Below are positions 18,570 to 27,033 of a stretch of 64,000 bases of DNA, one piece after another (the stretch's first letter is position 1; every line of letters begins with the position of its first letter). The notes below the pieces were generated by a model, which saw only the letters and a list, made by a program, of their open reading frames with translations, made no database searches and had not been told where the DNA came from. Made by a program: the position numbers and the translations under genes. The DNA is from Syntrophales bacterium. Lineage in GTDB: Bacteria; Desulfobacterota; Syntrophia; Syntrophales; PHBD01. Location of the stretch: NCBI GenBank assembly GCA_963668175.1, contig OY764159.1:3136001-3200000 (forward strand), read 5' to 3'.

Positions 18570-21500
18570 TCATGAATCCCATGGATTTTCTTCTCTCTCC
18601 AACCATGCAGGGTATTCTAACAAAAAGGAAAAGATGGACCATCGGGGGTCCTTCGTCTTCCTATAGTCGAGACACAAATCGCCGCCGAAGGAACGGGCTC
18701 TCTTCCGGGCAATGAACAGCCCAAGCCCTTCGCCCTTATCATCTTGGCCTTGGAGATTGGAGTGGCATCGCGCTCCGGCGTCAAATACTTTCTCAGGCGC
18801 GGTTGTCGCTTCTTCATTCAGAGCAACGCCCGTGTTTGTGATCGTTATCTCGCGATGCGCCGCGCTGGAATGCGCCGTGATCTCAAGTGCCGTTCCCCTT
18901 TTTGCGTATTTTACAATGTTATCAACTAAATTTTTGAATATTTCCCTCAACGTCAAATCGGGAAGCCAGATGTCGGCGGGATAGATATCCAATTCAAGAA
19001 TCCTGATTCCCGCCTCTTTCAGGTCTTCCTCCCTCGACTTCAGAGCGGACGTCAAAACGGAGCGGATATCAATGCGTTTTCGCATGGGGCCATGAAGAGA
19101 AAAGGTGAACATATAGGCCAATAGGGGATGCTCATCATCCATTATATTGAGTTCTTCAATTTTATTTGAAGTGATGAATCGAAGCAACGCGTTTCCCAAC
19201 TTGATGTTACTTGAAATGTCAATCAAGTTTTTTCGTAACTCAGGGGTTAGATGCTGTTTTATTCTCTTTTGGAGAAGTTCGACATTCTGCTGGATGCCTA
19301 GGAACGCCAGATCCACATCGTGTGCGATTACGCGGCGTATCGTGGCCATCTTCCTGTTCAGGGCGTTGTAATGCATGACGATCTCGGTGATCTCCTGCCC
19401 CAGGTACACGACAGCATCCTGAAATTCCTTGGAGTATTCAATCCCTTTCATGCGATCGTGAATCACGAGCAGGCCGAACGGTCTTTGCTCCATATCCACC
19501 ATTTTGACCTGGATGCAGGATCTGTAGCCTGCCGCTGAAAGACCATGCAAGGCCGTGCCGGTAAGGGAGGACACGTCTGAAATGATCCATAATGGGTTGC
19601 TTCTTTTCAGTATCTCGGTGAAGAAGCGATCGCTGCCGGAAACCTCCATGTCATACTGTAACAAATTGTCCTGTATGTTGATGCTCTTTCCTATTAAGAC
19701 CAACTCACGCTCCTCGGACAAGCGCCACAAGGATACGCCGCCGGCGCCGAAGAGAACGGCTGTCTCCTCCGCGATTTCTTCGTAAAATGCCCGATCACGG
19801 CCTGTTTTGATTGCCTCTCCGAGGATTTCATTGAGCCTTTTATGGGCGGCCGTCAGCTTGGACTCGAAGAGTTCGGGCGCATAGGTGTCCACGAAGTTGA
19901 TGACACTCAGCCTGTCCAGGATGGAGAACTGGCACGGTTTTTCGGTCGATAGACATAAGACACCGTGTTTCCGTCCCTGATAGATGATAGGGGAGATCAA
20001 ATAGTCGCCATCCTTTTTAAACCAATGGGACCAGTCCCGAAGATTTATGAAAGTTTGGTCGATAAGATGGGCAAGGGGTTTGAATGTTTCATCGCATATA
20101 TAACGGGAGATGAACGTCTCATCATCCAGACACTGGTATAAGGGATTATTGATCCTCTGAGATTCATTTCCTCCTTCTGTTTTCATAAACGATGCAACAT
20201 CCAGCCATATAGCGTCATTTCTGGCCGGTTTCATCCCCCTGGGAAACACGTTCGATATATCCATCACGGCGGGGATGAGAATGTTAGCGGGGCCGTCGTA
20301 TTTGAAGTACGTCACGCGATCTGCCAGAGTGAGTTGCAGCGACGCAACTGCCAGTTCTTCATACCGCCGCTGGGCGTCTTCGATTGGAACGCCTTGAAGT
20401 TTATGGTGGATCTGCTGGGAGTAGGTCCGCTTGAAGTGGGACCTGTTCATCATTCCCTTTTCCCTGTGCAGCTTGTGAAAGCTCTCCAGTTCCTTCCTGG
20501 CATCATTCCATAACTTTTCATACTTCTCTCTATTATCTTCCGTAACGTCCTCATCGTCATATTCGATCGTTACGTGATCCAAGTTTTCTTCATGCTTTTC
20601 TTTCTTCGTGATTGCCGTGCGGAACTGATAGAGGTCGTCCTTATGATTGAAGGTCCAAACCGATGACGCAACGTGGTTTAGCCTTGGTTCGGGAGAGAGG
20701 CGTACGCTGATGTGGACGGTATACGGTTTATTCTTTTCATCTTTCTCTTGCTTATCTTTAGAAAACGGTTTTTTCCAATAACTCTTTATTTCTGTTTTCT
20801 TAATGTCGTCATGGAGTGCTTTGATTTTAGCTGAATACTTCCGAAATAACGGGGCCGTATAGTCGCAATGTAAGAACAGGAGCCACTCGACGAGATTTCG
20901 CCATTCGGAAGAGGAAAACGCAGCAATGCTTCTATTATATTGCTTCTCCAAGAGAGTCAGGTCAGTGATGACAGTACTCGCGATTAAGGTTTTTTTCGTG
21001 AGGATATCCTGATTCACCAAGGAATGCATTCGGAGACTGTTGATCAGATGGACTGTATCCTCGTAAGACAATATTTCATTCTTTTTGATTTGCTTGAGAA
21101 TAGCCAGGATATTGCGTTCCATACGAAACGAATGCGAGCCGGCTTCTGTGGGGTCCAAGGACTCTGCGGTCCACACATGCCCCACCACCCAGTATCCGTC
21201 CATGGTGCCGAACCCCTGCCGGATAGGCAATATCATCTCCTTGAGACCGATGGGGTTCAGCAATGCTTGCTGTTCATTTTTATTGTTAATAGGGTTCAGT
21301 AATTCTTGCTGTTCATTTATATTATTAAAGCTTGCTATCGCTCTCAAGTAGTGCAGCGTCATGTAGGATGAAATAGGGGGGTATATTTTCTTGACGGCTT
21401 GGAAGAGCGGGTTCGGAATGCTGAGGGGAGTCTGCCAAATGGCATTGTTCAAGGCATCTTTTGTTATTGGAGTATATCCCTTTTTCTGAAAAGATTTCGG

Positions 21501-21746
21501 CACGTTTTCAGGATAGAACCAGTATAGTAGGTCATCTCCGATGCTCTCTTCCAGGGGTTTCTCAGGATGGCCTCGATCGATCAGCGCTTTGAGTTTTTGA
21601 ATGGGGGCACCTGCTTCTTCCCATATACGCAAAACGGCATCCAGTGCGTCGTAATTGATTAAACGGAATGAGCAGTTCAGAAAGAAAGACAGGGACCGCT
21701 GTGTATGAAGCAGGCGCTTCTTCTCATCCGGGCTCAAGCTCGCCAC
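18570..21746 (-). CDS. cytoplasmic sensor histidine kinase with PocR-like and GAF-like domains
   Basis: H-box IAHDV, N-box NLVDNIVKY, ITNTG, VFDAG and GEGLGL. GAF-like segments (ISPIIYQGRKHGVLCL; PFGLLVIH). No TM helices; GTG start. Confidence 0.8.
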   Translation of the reverse strand: MASLSPDEKKRLLHTQRSLSFFLNCSFRLINYDALDAVLRIWEEAGAPIQKLKALIDRGHPEKPLEESIGDDLLYWFYPENVPKSFQKKGYTPITKDALNNAIWQTPLSIPNPLFQAVKKIYPPISSYMTLHYLRAIASFNNINEQQELLNPINNKNEQQALLNPIGLKEMILPIRQGFGTMDGYWVVGHVWTAESLDPTEAGSHSFRMERNILAILKQIKKNEILSYEDTVHLINSLRMHSLVNQDILTKKTLIASTVITDLTLLEKQYNRSIAAFSSSEWRNLVEWLLFLHCDYTAPLFRKYSAKIKALHDDIKKTEIKSYWKKPFSKDKQEKDEKNKPYTVHISVRLSPEPRLNHVASSVWTFNHKDDLYQFRTAITKKEKHEENLDHVTIEYDDEDVTEDNREKYEKLWNDARKELESFHKLHREKGMMNRSHFKRTYSQQIHHKLQGVPIEDAQRRYEELAVASLQLTLADRVTYFKYDGPANILIPAVMDISNVFPRGMKPARNDAIWLDVASFMKTEGGNESQRINNPLYQCLDDETFISRYICDETFKPLAHLIDQTFINLRDWSHWFKKDGDYLISPIIYQGRKHGVLCLSTEKPCQFSILDRLSVINFVDTYAPELFESKLTAAHKRLNEILGEAIKTGRDRAFYEEIAEETAVLFGAGGVSLWRLSEERELVLIGKSINIQDNLLQYDMEVSGSDRFFTEILKRSNPLWIISDVSSLTGTALHGLSAAGYRSCIQVKMVDMEQRPFGLLVIHDRMKGIEYSKEFQDAVVYLGQEITEIVMHYNALNRKMATIRRVIAHDVDLAFLGIQQNVELLQKRIKQHLTPELRKNLIDISSNIKLGNALLRFITSNKIEELNIMDDEHPLLAYMFTFSLHGPMRKRIDIRSVLTSALKSREEDLKEAGIRILELDIYPADIWLPDLTLREIFKNLVDNIVKYAKRGTALEITAHSSAAHREITITNTGVALNEEATTAPEKVFDAGARCHSNLQGQDDKGEGLGLFIARKRARSFGGDLCLDYRKTKDPRWSIFSFLLEYPAWLEREENPWDS

Positions 21747-22155
21747 AGGATCGACCTCCGTACTTTTATAAGGATATTATTTCTATATCATTGACATTTA
21801 ACAATTGCAAGAATTTAATTCAAATTATAAATATAGAATATAATGATTATAATTTCCGATGAAATAAACCTAAAATATGTTTACCATAATTAATGAATGT
21901 ACGCTTAAAGGACGTTGACAGACTTTTATACTTCTATTTTTTCGAAAAACTTCAGTGCAAATCAAATTACTGTTGACAATGTTGGAAAATGCTGATTTGT
22001 GCATTTTGGTCAGGGATGCGGCGTTTTACATTGCATAATGTGTGCGTCAAAGAGAAGAATTTTCATCTACCTCTTTATATTTGTGTTGACATTAGTTTTC
22101 GTCTGTATGTGAACCGGCCCTAAATGCTTCTTGACATTTTATTTTCGGTCCTGTA

Positions 22156-22169
22156 GTTGTATATACAAC
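22156..22169. promoter_or_regulatory. putative MarR operator 1
   Basis: Perfect palindrome GTTGTATATACAAC between a TTGACA (22131-22136) and the marR start. Confidence 0.75.
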
Positions 22170-22198
22170 GTATTGACTTCTTCGCAGGACGGAACCCT

Positions 22199-22657
22199 AT
22201 GAATAAACCGGCAGACACGATGGGCCTTGTCAAGATCCGGGCCAACGAATGCATTGCCGTCCGCGTCCGGCTCCTGAGCCGTATGGTGACCCATATCTAC
22301 GACTCCGCCATGAAACCCTACGGCGTGAAGCTGAACCAGATGACCATCCTTTCTCTCGTCTACCTGACCGGAGAGACCGGCTTCGAGGCCCTGGGCCGGA
22401 GACTCAAGATAGAGAAGTCGACGGCAAGCCGGAACGTCGAGCGCCTGAAGAAGGCAGGCTGGCTTACTGTGACGCAGGACAGCGACGATAAACGGAAGAT
22501 TCTCAGGATTACGCCGGCGGGAGAGCGGTTGCTTGCGGATGTCCACGAGGCCTGGGAGAACGCCCAGAAACAGGCGGCAGAACTCCTGGGAAGGGAAGGC
22601 GCGGCCGCCGTCTGTCTGACGGCCGACGAGATATGGCGGAAAGACCGGAGGGGATAG
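22199..22657 (+). CDS. MarR family transcriptional regulator
   Basis: wHTH motifs STASRNVERLKKAGW and DDKRKILRITPAG; start at MNKPAD. Confidence 0.9.
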   Translation: MNKPADTMGLVKIRANECIAVRVRLLSRMVTHIYDSAMKPYGVKLNQMTILSLVYLTGETGFEALGRRLKIEKSTASRNVERLKKAGWLTVTQDSDDKRKILRITPAGERLLADVHEAWENAQKQAAELLGREGAAAVCLTADEIWRKDRRG

Positions 22658-22674
22658 TTTTTTTTACGGATTAA

Positions 22675-22688
22675 GTTGTATATACAAC
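22675..22688. promoter_or_regulatory. putative MarR operator 2
   Basis: An identical GTTGTATATACAAC palindrome upstream of the Fe-S gene. Confidence 0.75.
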
Positions 22689-22710
22689 ATACGAACCATG
22701 GAGGATAATC

Positions 22711-23505
22711 ATGAAGCAACGTATCAGGCAATTCGCCCTGGATTACGGCGTGGACGATGTGGGCATCGCGGCGGCCGCCGATTATCGGAGCGTGCGTTCC
22801 CCGAAACTTGAAACGATCATGCCCGGCGTCAAGTCGATGGTCGTCATGGCCTTCAAGGAGCCGTCCAGCTGCGAGAGCGCCAACCCCCAGGTCGCCATGA
22901 GCGGCCGGCTGGACCTCATGTCTTTTTCGCGGTCCTGCAACTACAAGATGGTCCGCTTCCTGGAGAAGGAATTCGACGCGAAGGCGATGGCCGCCCCCGT
23001 CTCCTATCCCCTGGAGATGGGCGAGAAGACCATGGGCCTCGTCGGCGACGTGTCGCTCCGTCATGCGGCGGTGGCGGCAGGCATCGGGTCCTTCGGAAGA
23101 AACAATCTCGTCCTTCATCCGAAGTACGGTTCCCGCATTCTCTTTACGGCCGTCCTCACCGATCTAGCCATGGATTCCGACGCCCCATACGACAAGGACC
23201 TTTGCACCGACTGCAATCTCTGCGTCGAAAAATGCCCCGCCGGGGCCCTGGATGAAGAAGGCAAGACCGACACGCTCAAATGCCTCCGGAACTCGCAACC
23301 TCACGGCATCGGCGCGAGCATACGTTTCTGGTCCAAGTATGCCGATGCCCCGCCTGAAGAGAAAAAGGCCATGGTCCGTGATGTGGAATTCTGGAAGATG
23401 TACCAGGCAGGCTTCATCGGTTTTCAGTACTTCTGTTGGAACTGCATGACGTCCTGTCCGGCGGGCCGGAAGAAAGCCGCCAAAACAGGCAAGGCATCCC
23501 AATGA
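22711..23505 (+). CDS. QueG-like (epoxyqueuosine reductase-like) 4Fe-4S dicluster protein
   Basis: AAVAAGIGSFGRNNLVLHPKYGSR motif, CTDCNLCVEKCP and CWNCMTSCP. Confidence 0.8.
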   Translation: MKQRIRQFALDYGVDDVGIAAAADYRSVRSPKLETIMPGVKSMVVMAFKEPSSCESANPQVAMSGRLDLMSFSRSCNYKMVRFLEKEFDAKAMAAPVSYPLEMGEKTMGLVGDVSLRHAAVAAGIGSFGRNNLVLHPKYGSRILFTAVLTDLAMDSDAPYDKDLCTDCNLCVEKCPAGALDEEGKTDTLKCLRNSQPHGIGASIRFWSKYADAPPEEKKAMVRDVEFWKMYQAGFIGFQYFCWNCMTSCPAGRKKAAKTGKASQ

Positions 23506-23559
23506 TCCGTGGGATGTCGGGTTGCCGCAGGAAGAACGCCCTGCCCTTCAGTCCTGTCC

Positions 23560-24972
23560 CTATTTTCGTGCAGGCGTATCGGGGATTTTGGCGCCCAGCG
23601 ACTTGACCAGTCGCTGAAAGTTCTCGTCGGCATACAGAATCCTGCCGGCGGCATCCCCCAGGCGGTCGATCTGGTCCTCCGACAATCTCAGGGACGTGGG
23701 AATCTTGTGGAAATATTCCCGTTCGTCCTTGTCCGGCAGGGCTTCGAAGGTCACGTGGATGATGTAGAATTCGATGGGGACGATGCCCTTGGTCTTGTCA
23801 AGGTAGGTCCAGTCCCGGGCATAGCGGTGCAGCAGCTCGATCGTCTCGAAGTTATATTTATTGACCATGATCGTCGACGAGGCATCGAGAATCATCGCGA
23901 GCCCCGGTATCTCCTTCAGAAGCCGCCAGCTGGACGTTTCCTGCGTCTGGGCGTCGACGATGAGGAACACCACCTTCTCTGTTTTGTCGAATCCAGTCTC
24001 CTTGAGAAGATCGCGCGCATCGCCCCGGATCATCATGGCTTCCAGCGGACCCCGAACGCCCAGATTGTCCGACACCCCGCCGTCCACAAGGTAGATATAC
24101 GGTTTCGTCTGGGGATTCATGTATGTGTTGAGGCGTACCGCGTTGTAGTAAACGCGGCTTGCCATGTCGGGTTTTTCCAGGGCCTTCCGCATCCACTCGG
24201 GATGTTCGGCGCTGCGGCATTGTCCCGCATAATTCTTGAGGGCGATGGGCGAAAAAGCCCCGGGAAAAGCGGCGGAAGCGGCTACGGCACGGGCAACGGG
24301 AAATTGATCGTAGTCGGAACACAGAAGCGAAAACAACCCGGGTGAGAAGCTGAAGATAAAACCGTCCGCCACGTCCGTGGCCATGATCAGCACGGCCGGG
24401 CCGTCCCCCCGGGCCAGGTCGCCAAGAGTGGCGCCGTGGAACAGGTTAGCGTCGTAGTATTCCGCCGCCAGGTCGCTGCGGCCGTAAAAGGGCGACCCGA
24501 TCGCAAACCAGTTGATGGGATTGAACAGACGCCAGAGCAGCGCCGACTGATAGTCCTGCGTCAGGAAATTCTCCCGGTAGTCTTTGAAGATGCTTTTACC
24601 GTGCAGGCCGTAATAGGCCGCCGTAAAACTGCCGCCCGAGACGCTGGAGATGAGATCGACTTCGTCGAGGAGCGTATGTCGTCCTCTGTTGGCGTCCGTT
24701 TGGAGCGGGTCCGGCGGCATCTCGATCCGTTCCAGGGCCTCCAATACGCCGTAGGAAAGGGCCGCGGCCCTGCTGCCTCCGCCGGAAAACGTCAGAAAGA
24801 AGAGGAGCGACGGGGACCGGTCGCGGGCGATGATCTTCGCAAGAACGGGGTCCGCTGGACCGCGCTGCGGCGGAGCGGAGGTCTTGGGGTTGAGGGGAAA
24901 TTGGGCGGTGCATCCCGCAAGAAGAAGGATGCCGATAAAGACGGAAAGAAGTACCGATGCCTTGCAAGGCAT
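23560..24972 (-). CDS. patatin-like phospholipase, lipoprotein
   Basis: Lipobox LLAGC; SGGGSRA, SSVSGGS (nucleophile) and DGG motifs. Start uncertain (24972 or 25017). Confidence 0.8.
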   Translation of the reverse strand: MPCKASVLLSVFIGILLLAGCTAQFPLNPKTSAPPQRGPADPVLAKIIARDRSPSLLFFLTFSGGGSRAAALSYGVLEALERIEMPPDPLQTDANRGRHTLLDEVDLISSVSGGSFTAAYYGLHGKSIFKDYRENFLTQDYQSALLWRLFNPINWFAIGSPFYGRSDLAAEYYDANLFHGATLGDLARGDGPAVLIMATDVADGFIFSFSPGLFSLLCSDYDQFPVARAVAASAAFPGAFSPIALKNYAGQCRSAEHPEWMRKALEKPDMASRVYYNAVRLNTYMNPQTKPYIYLVDGGVSDNLGVRGPLEAMMIRGDARDLLKETGFDKTEKVVFLIVDAQTQETSSWRLLKEIPGLAMILDASSTIMVNKYNFETIELLHRYARDWTYLDKTKGIVPIEFYIIHVTFEALPDKDEREYFHKIPTSLRLSEDQIDRLGDAAGRILYADENFQRLVKSLGAKIPDTPARK

Positions 24973-25278
24973 TGCACCGTTCTTGTGTCGGCGGGGCTGC
25001 GTCTGTCTTCGGAACATACCGCCACTCCTTGACGGTCCGCTTGAAGGGCATCGGCCCGGACGAGTATGCACAGCGTTGCATCCTCCCGCATCTTGCCATC
25101 ACCGGCACTCAGGCGGGCACGGCTGAGCATTCACGCCGGTGCGGGCGGCAGGTCATTCCGGTATTGTCGACACGGACCTGTTCCGGACGGCCCCCGCCCT
25201 TTTCGCTTCGCAAGGAATTCACAGCGTCGAACGGATGGCAGACAAACCGAATCAATGGGGCTCCCCGTTCGGCGCCGT

Positions 25279-25548
25279 TCACTGTCTCTTGAGACCAGAG
25301 AGAAAAGTCTCCATCATGTGATAGCCCTGGTCGATCTTTTCCTTGAACTCGTTACGGTTTCGCTTGCTGGTCTCCACCCATTCGTAGATAGTCTTCTTTT
25401 CACCCTCCTGAACCAGCTGGTTCCGCTCAAGCCAAGCGGCCATAACCTTCTCCGTCTCCTCCTGCATCAAGGCCATGACCGTGTAAGTCCTTTCAAAGAC
25501 CATCTTGTTGAAATCGATCATTATCTTCATGACATGGATCGGATCCAC
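25279..25548 (-). CDS. small helical protein, possibly phasin-like
   Basis: GTG start after RBS aggaaaggag; amphipathic helices MIDFNKMVF...MQEETEK...EWVE. Confidence 0.55.
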   Translation of the reverse strand: MDPIHVMKIMIDFNKMVFERTYTVMALMQEETEKVMAAWLERNQLVQEGEKKTIYEWVETSKRNRNEFKEKIDQGYHMMETFLSGLKRQ

Positions 25549-25625
25549 GGCATCTAGCTCCTTTCCTGTGTTTCTATGGTTTGTTCTTCCGCTACCGATT
25601 ACAGGGCTTCCGGAACGGCATGGAC

Positions 25626-27032
25626 TCACACCCCGCCGCCCAGAACCTTGTAAAGCGTCACGCGGTTCGTTATCCGAACCAATTGCAGAGAGATCAGCGC
25701 CTGCTGCGCGCTGTACAGCGACCTCTGGGCGTCCAGAACGGAGAGGTAGCTGTCGATCCCTTTGACGTATCGAGCCGTCGAAAGGCGGTATGTCACCGCG
25801 ACGGCGTCGACCAGCGACTGTTGCGCCGCTATCTGATTATCCACGGTCCCCTGCATGGCGAGCGCGTCCGCCACTTCCCTGAACGCCGTCTGGATCGCTT
25901 TCTCGTATTGGGCGATCACAAGATCCTTCTGCACCTTGCTCAAATCGTATGCCGCCCAGACACGGGCGTCGAAAATCGGCATCACGATCTGCGGCGCAAA
26001 GCTCCACGTATCCTGACCGGCCTTGAAGAGGTTCGAAAGATCGGAACTGGCCGTGCCGATATACGTCGTGAGCGAAATACGGGGAAAGAAGGCCGCCCGT
26101 GCAGCGCCGATATTGGCGTTGGCCTCTTTGAGCCGGTGCTCCGCCGCCATCATGTCGGGTCGTCGCAGAAGTTGATCGGACGAAAGTCCCGCTGCAACCT
26201 CTTTCGGCGGCGTCACGGATGCCAGCGTCTCGGGCAGAATGTCCGAAGGCACAGTCGAGCCGACGAGCAGGTTCAGGGCGTTTTCGTCCTGGGCGACCAA
26301 CCGCACATTCTTCGCGACATCGACGCGCGCCGCATCGACCTGGCTTTGCGATCTCTTGAGGTCCAGATCGGACGTGAGGCCCACATCGTAACGCTTCTTG
26401 ATCAGCTTATAGGAGGCCTCTTGCGTTTCCAGCGTCGAGGACGAAAGCTTGAGACTCTCCCGGTCCGCCGCCAGCGTGAGATAAGCGTTGGCCACTGCGG
26501 ACACGAGCACAAGCTGCGCGCTGCGGCGTTCCTCATCCGTGGCGAGATATTCTTCCAGGGCGGCATCCTTCAGGCTCCGCAGCCTCCCGAAAAAATCGAT
26601 CTCCCAGGAACTGACGCCCAGGCTGACGCTGTACTGGGACGAAGTGCCGGCGACGCCGGTGTAGGATAGGTCGGCGGGGACACGGGTCCTGTTGGCATTT
26701 CCAGCCGCATCGATCGCGGGGAACAGTTCCGCCCTCTGGATGCCGTACAGCGCCCGGGCCTTTTCGACATTGAGGACCGCAAGCCGCAAATCGCGGTTGT
26801 TTTCCAGGGCCAAGGCGACGACTTTCTGCAGGCGTCCGTCGGGAAAGACGTCCCGCCATACGAGATCCGCCGGAGCCGGGGCACCTGCCTGCGGCTTCGC
26901 CTCCCCATAAGCCTTTCCCGTCGGCCACGCCGCAGGAACGGGAGACGCGGGCCTCTCGAATTTCGGGGCCATGGTGCAACCGGCGACAAGTACGGCGATT
27001 ACGGCCAGAATCAGTATTGATTTTCGGGTCAT
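25626..27032 (-). CDS. RND efflux outer-membrane lipoprotein (OprM/NodT family)
   Basis: Lipobox VAGC; WEIDFFG, RRPD...ANANIGAARAAFFP and YKVLGGG motifs. Confidence 0.92.
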   Translation of the reverse strand: MTRKSILILAVIAVLVAGCTMAPKFERPASPVPAAWPTGKAYGEAKPQAGAPAPADLVWRDVFPDGRLQKVVALALENNRDLRLAVLNVEKARALYGIQRAELFPAIDAAGNANRTRVPADLSYTGVAGTSSQYSVSLGVSSWEIDFFGRLRSLKDAALEEYLATDEERRSAQLVLVSAVANAYLTLAADRESLKLSSSTLETQEASYKLIKKRYDVGLTSDLDLKRSQSQVDAARVDVAKNVRLVAQDENALNLLVGSTVPSDILPETLASVTPPKEVAAGLSSDQLLRRPDMMAAEHRLKEANANIGAARAAFFPRISLTTYIGTASSDLSNLFKAGQDTWSFAPQIVMPIFDARVWAAYDLSKVQKDLVIAQYEKAIQTAFREVADALAMQGTVDNQIAAQQSLVDAVAVTYRLSTARYVKGIDSYLSVLDAQRSLYSAQQALISLQLVRITNRVTLYKVLGGGV

Positions 27033-27033
27033 A

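Noticed and set aside
22711..23505. Reductive dehalogenase (rdhA)
   Set aside because: Too short, with no Tat signal and no rdhB anchor gene; called QueG-like only.
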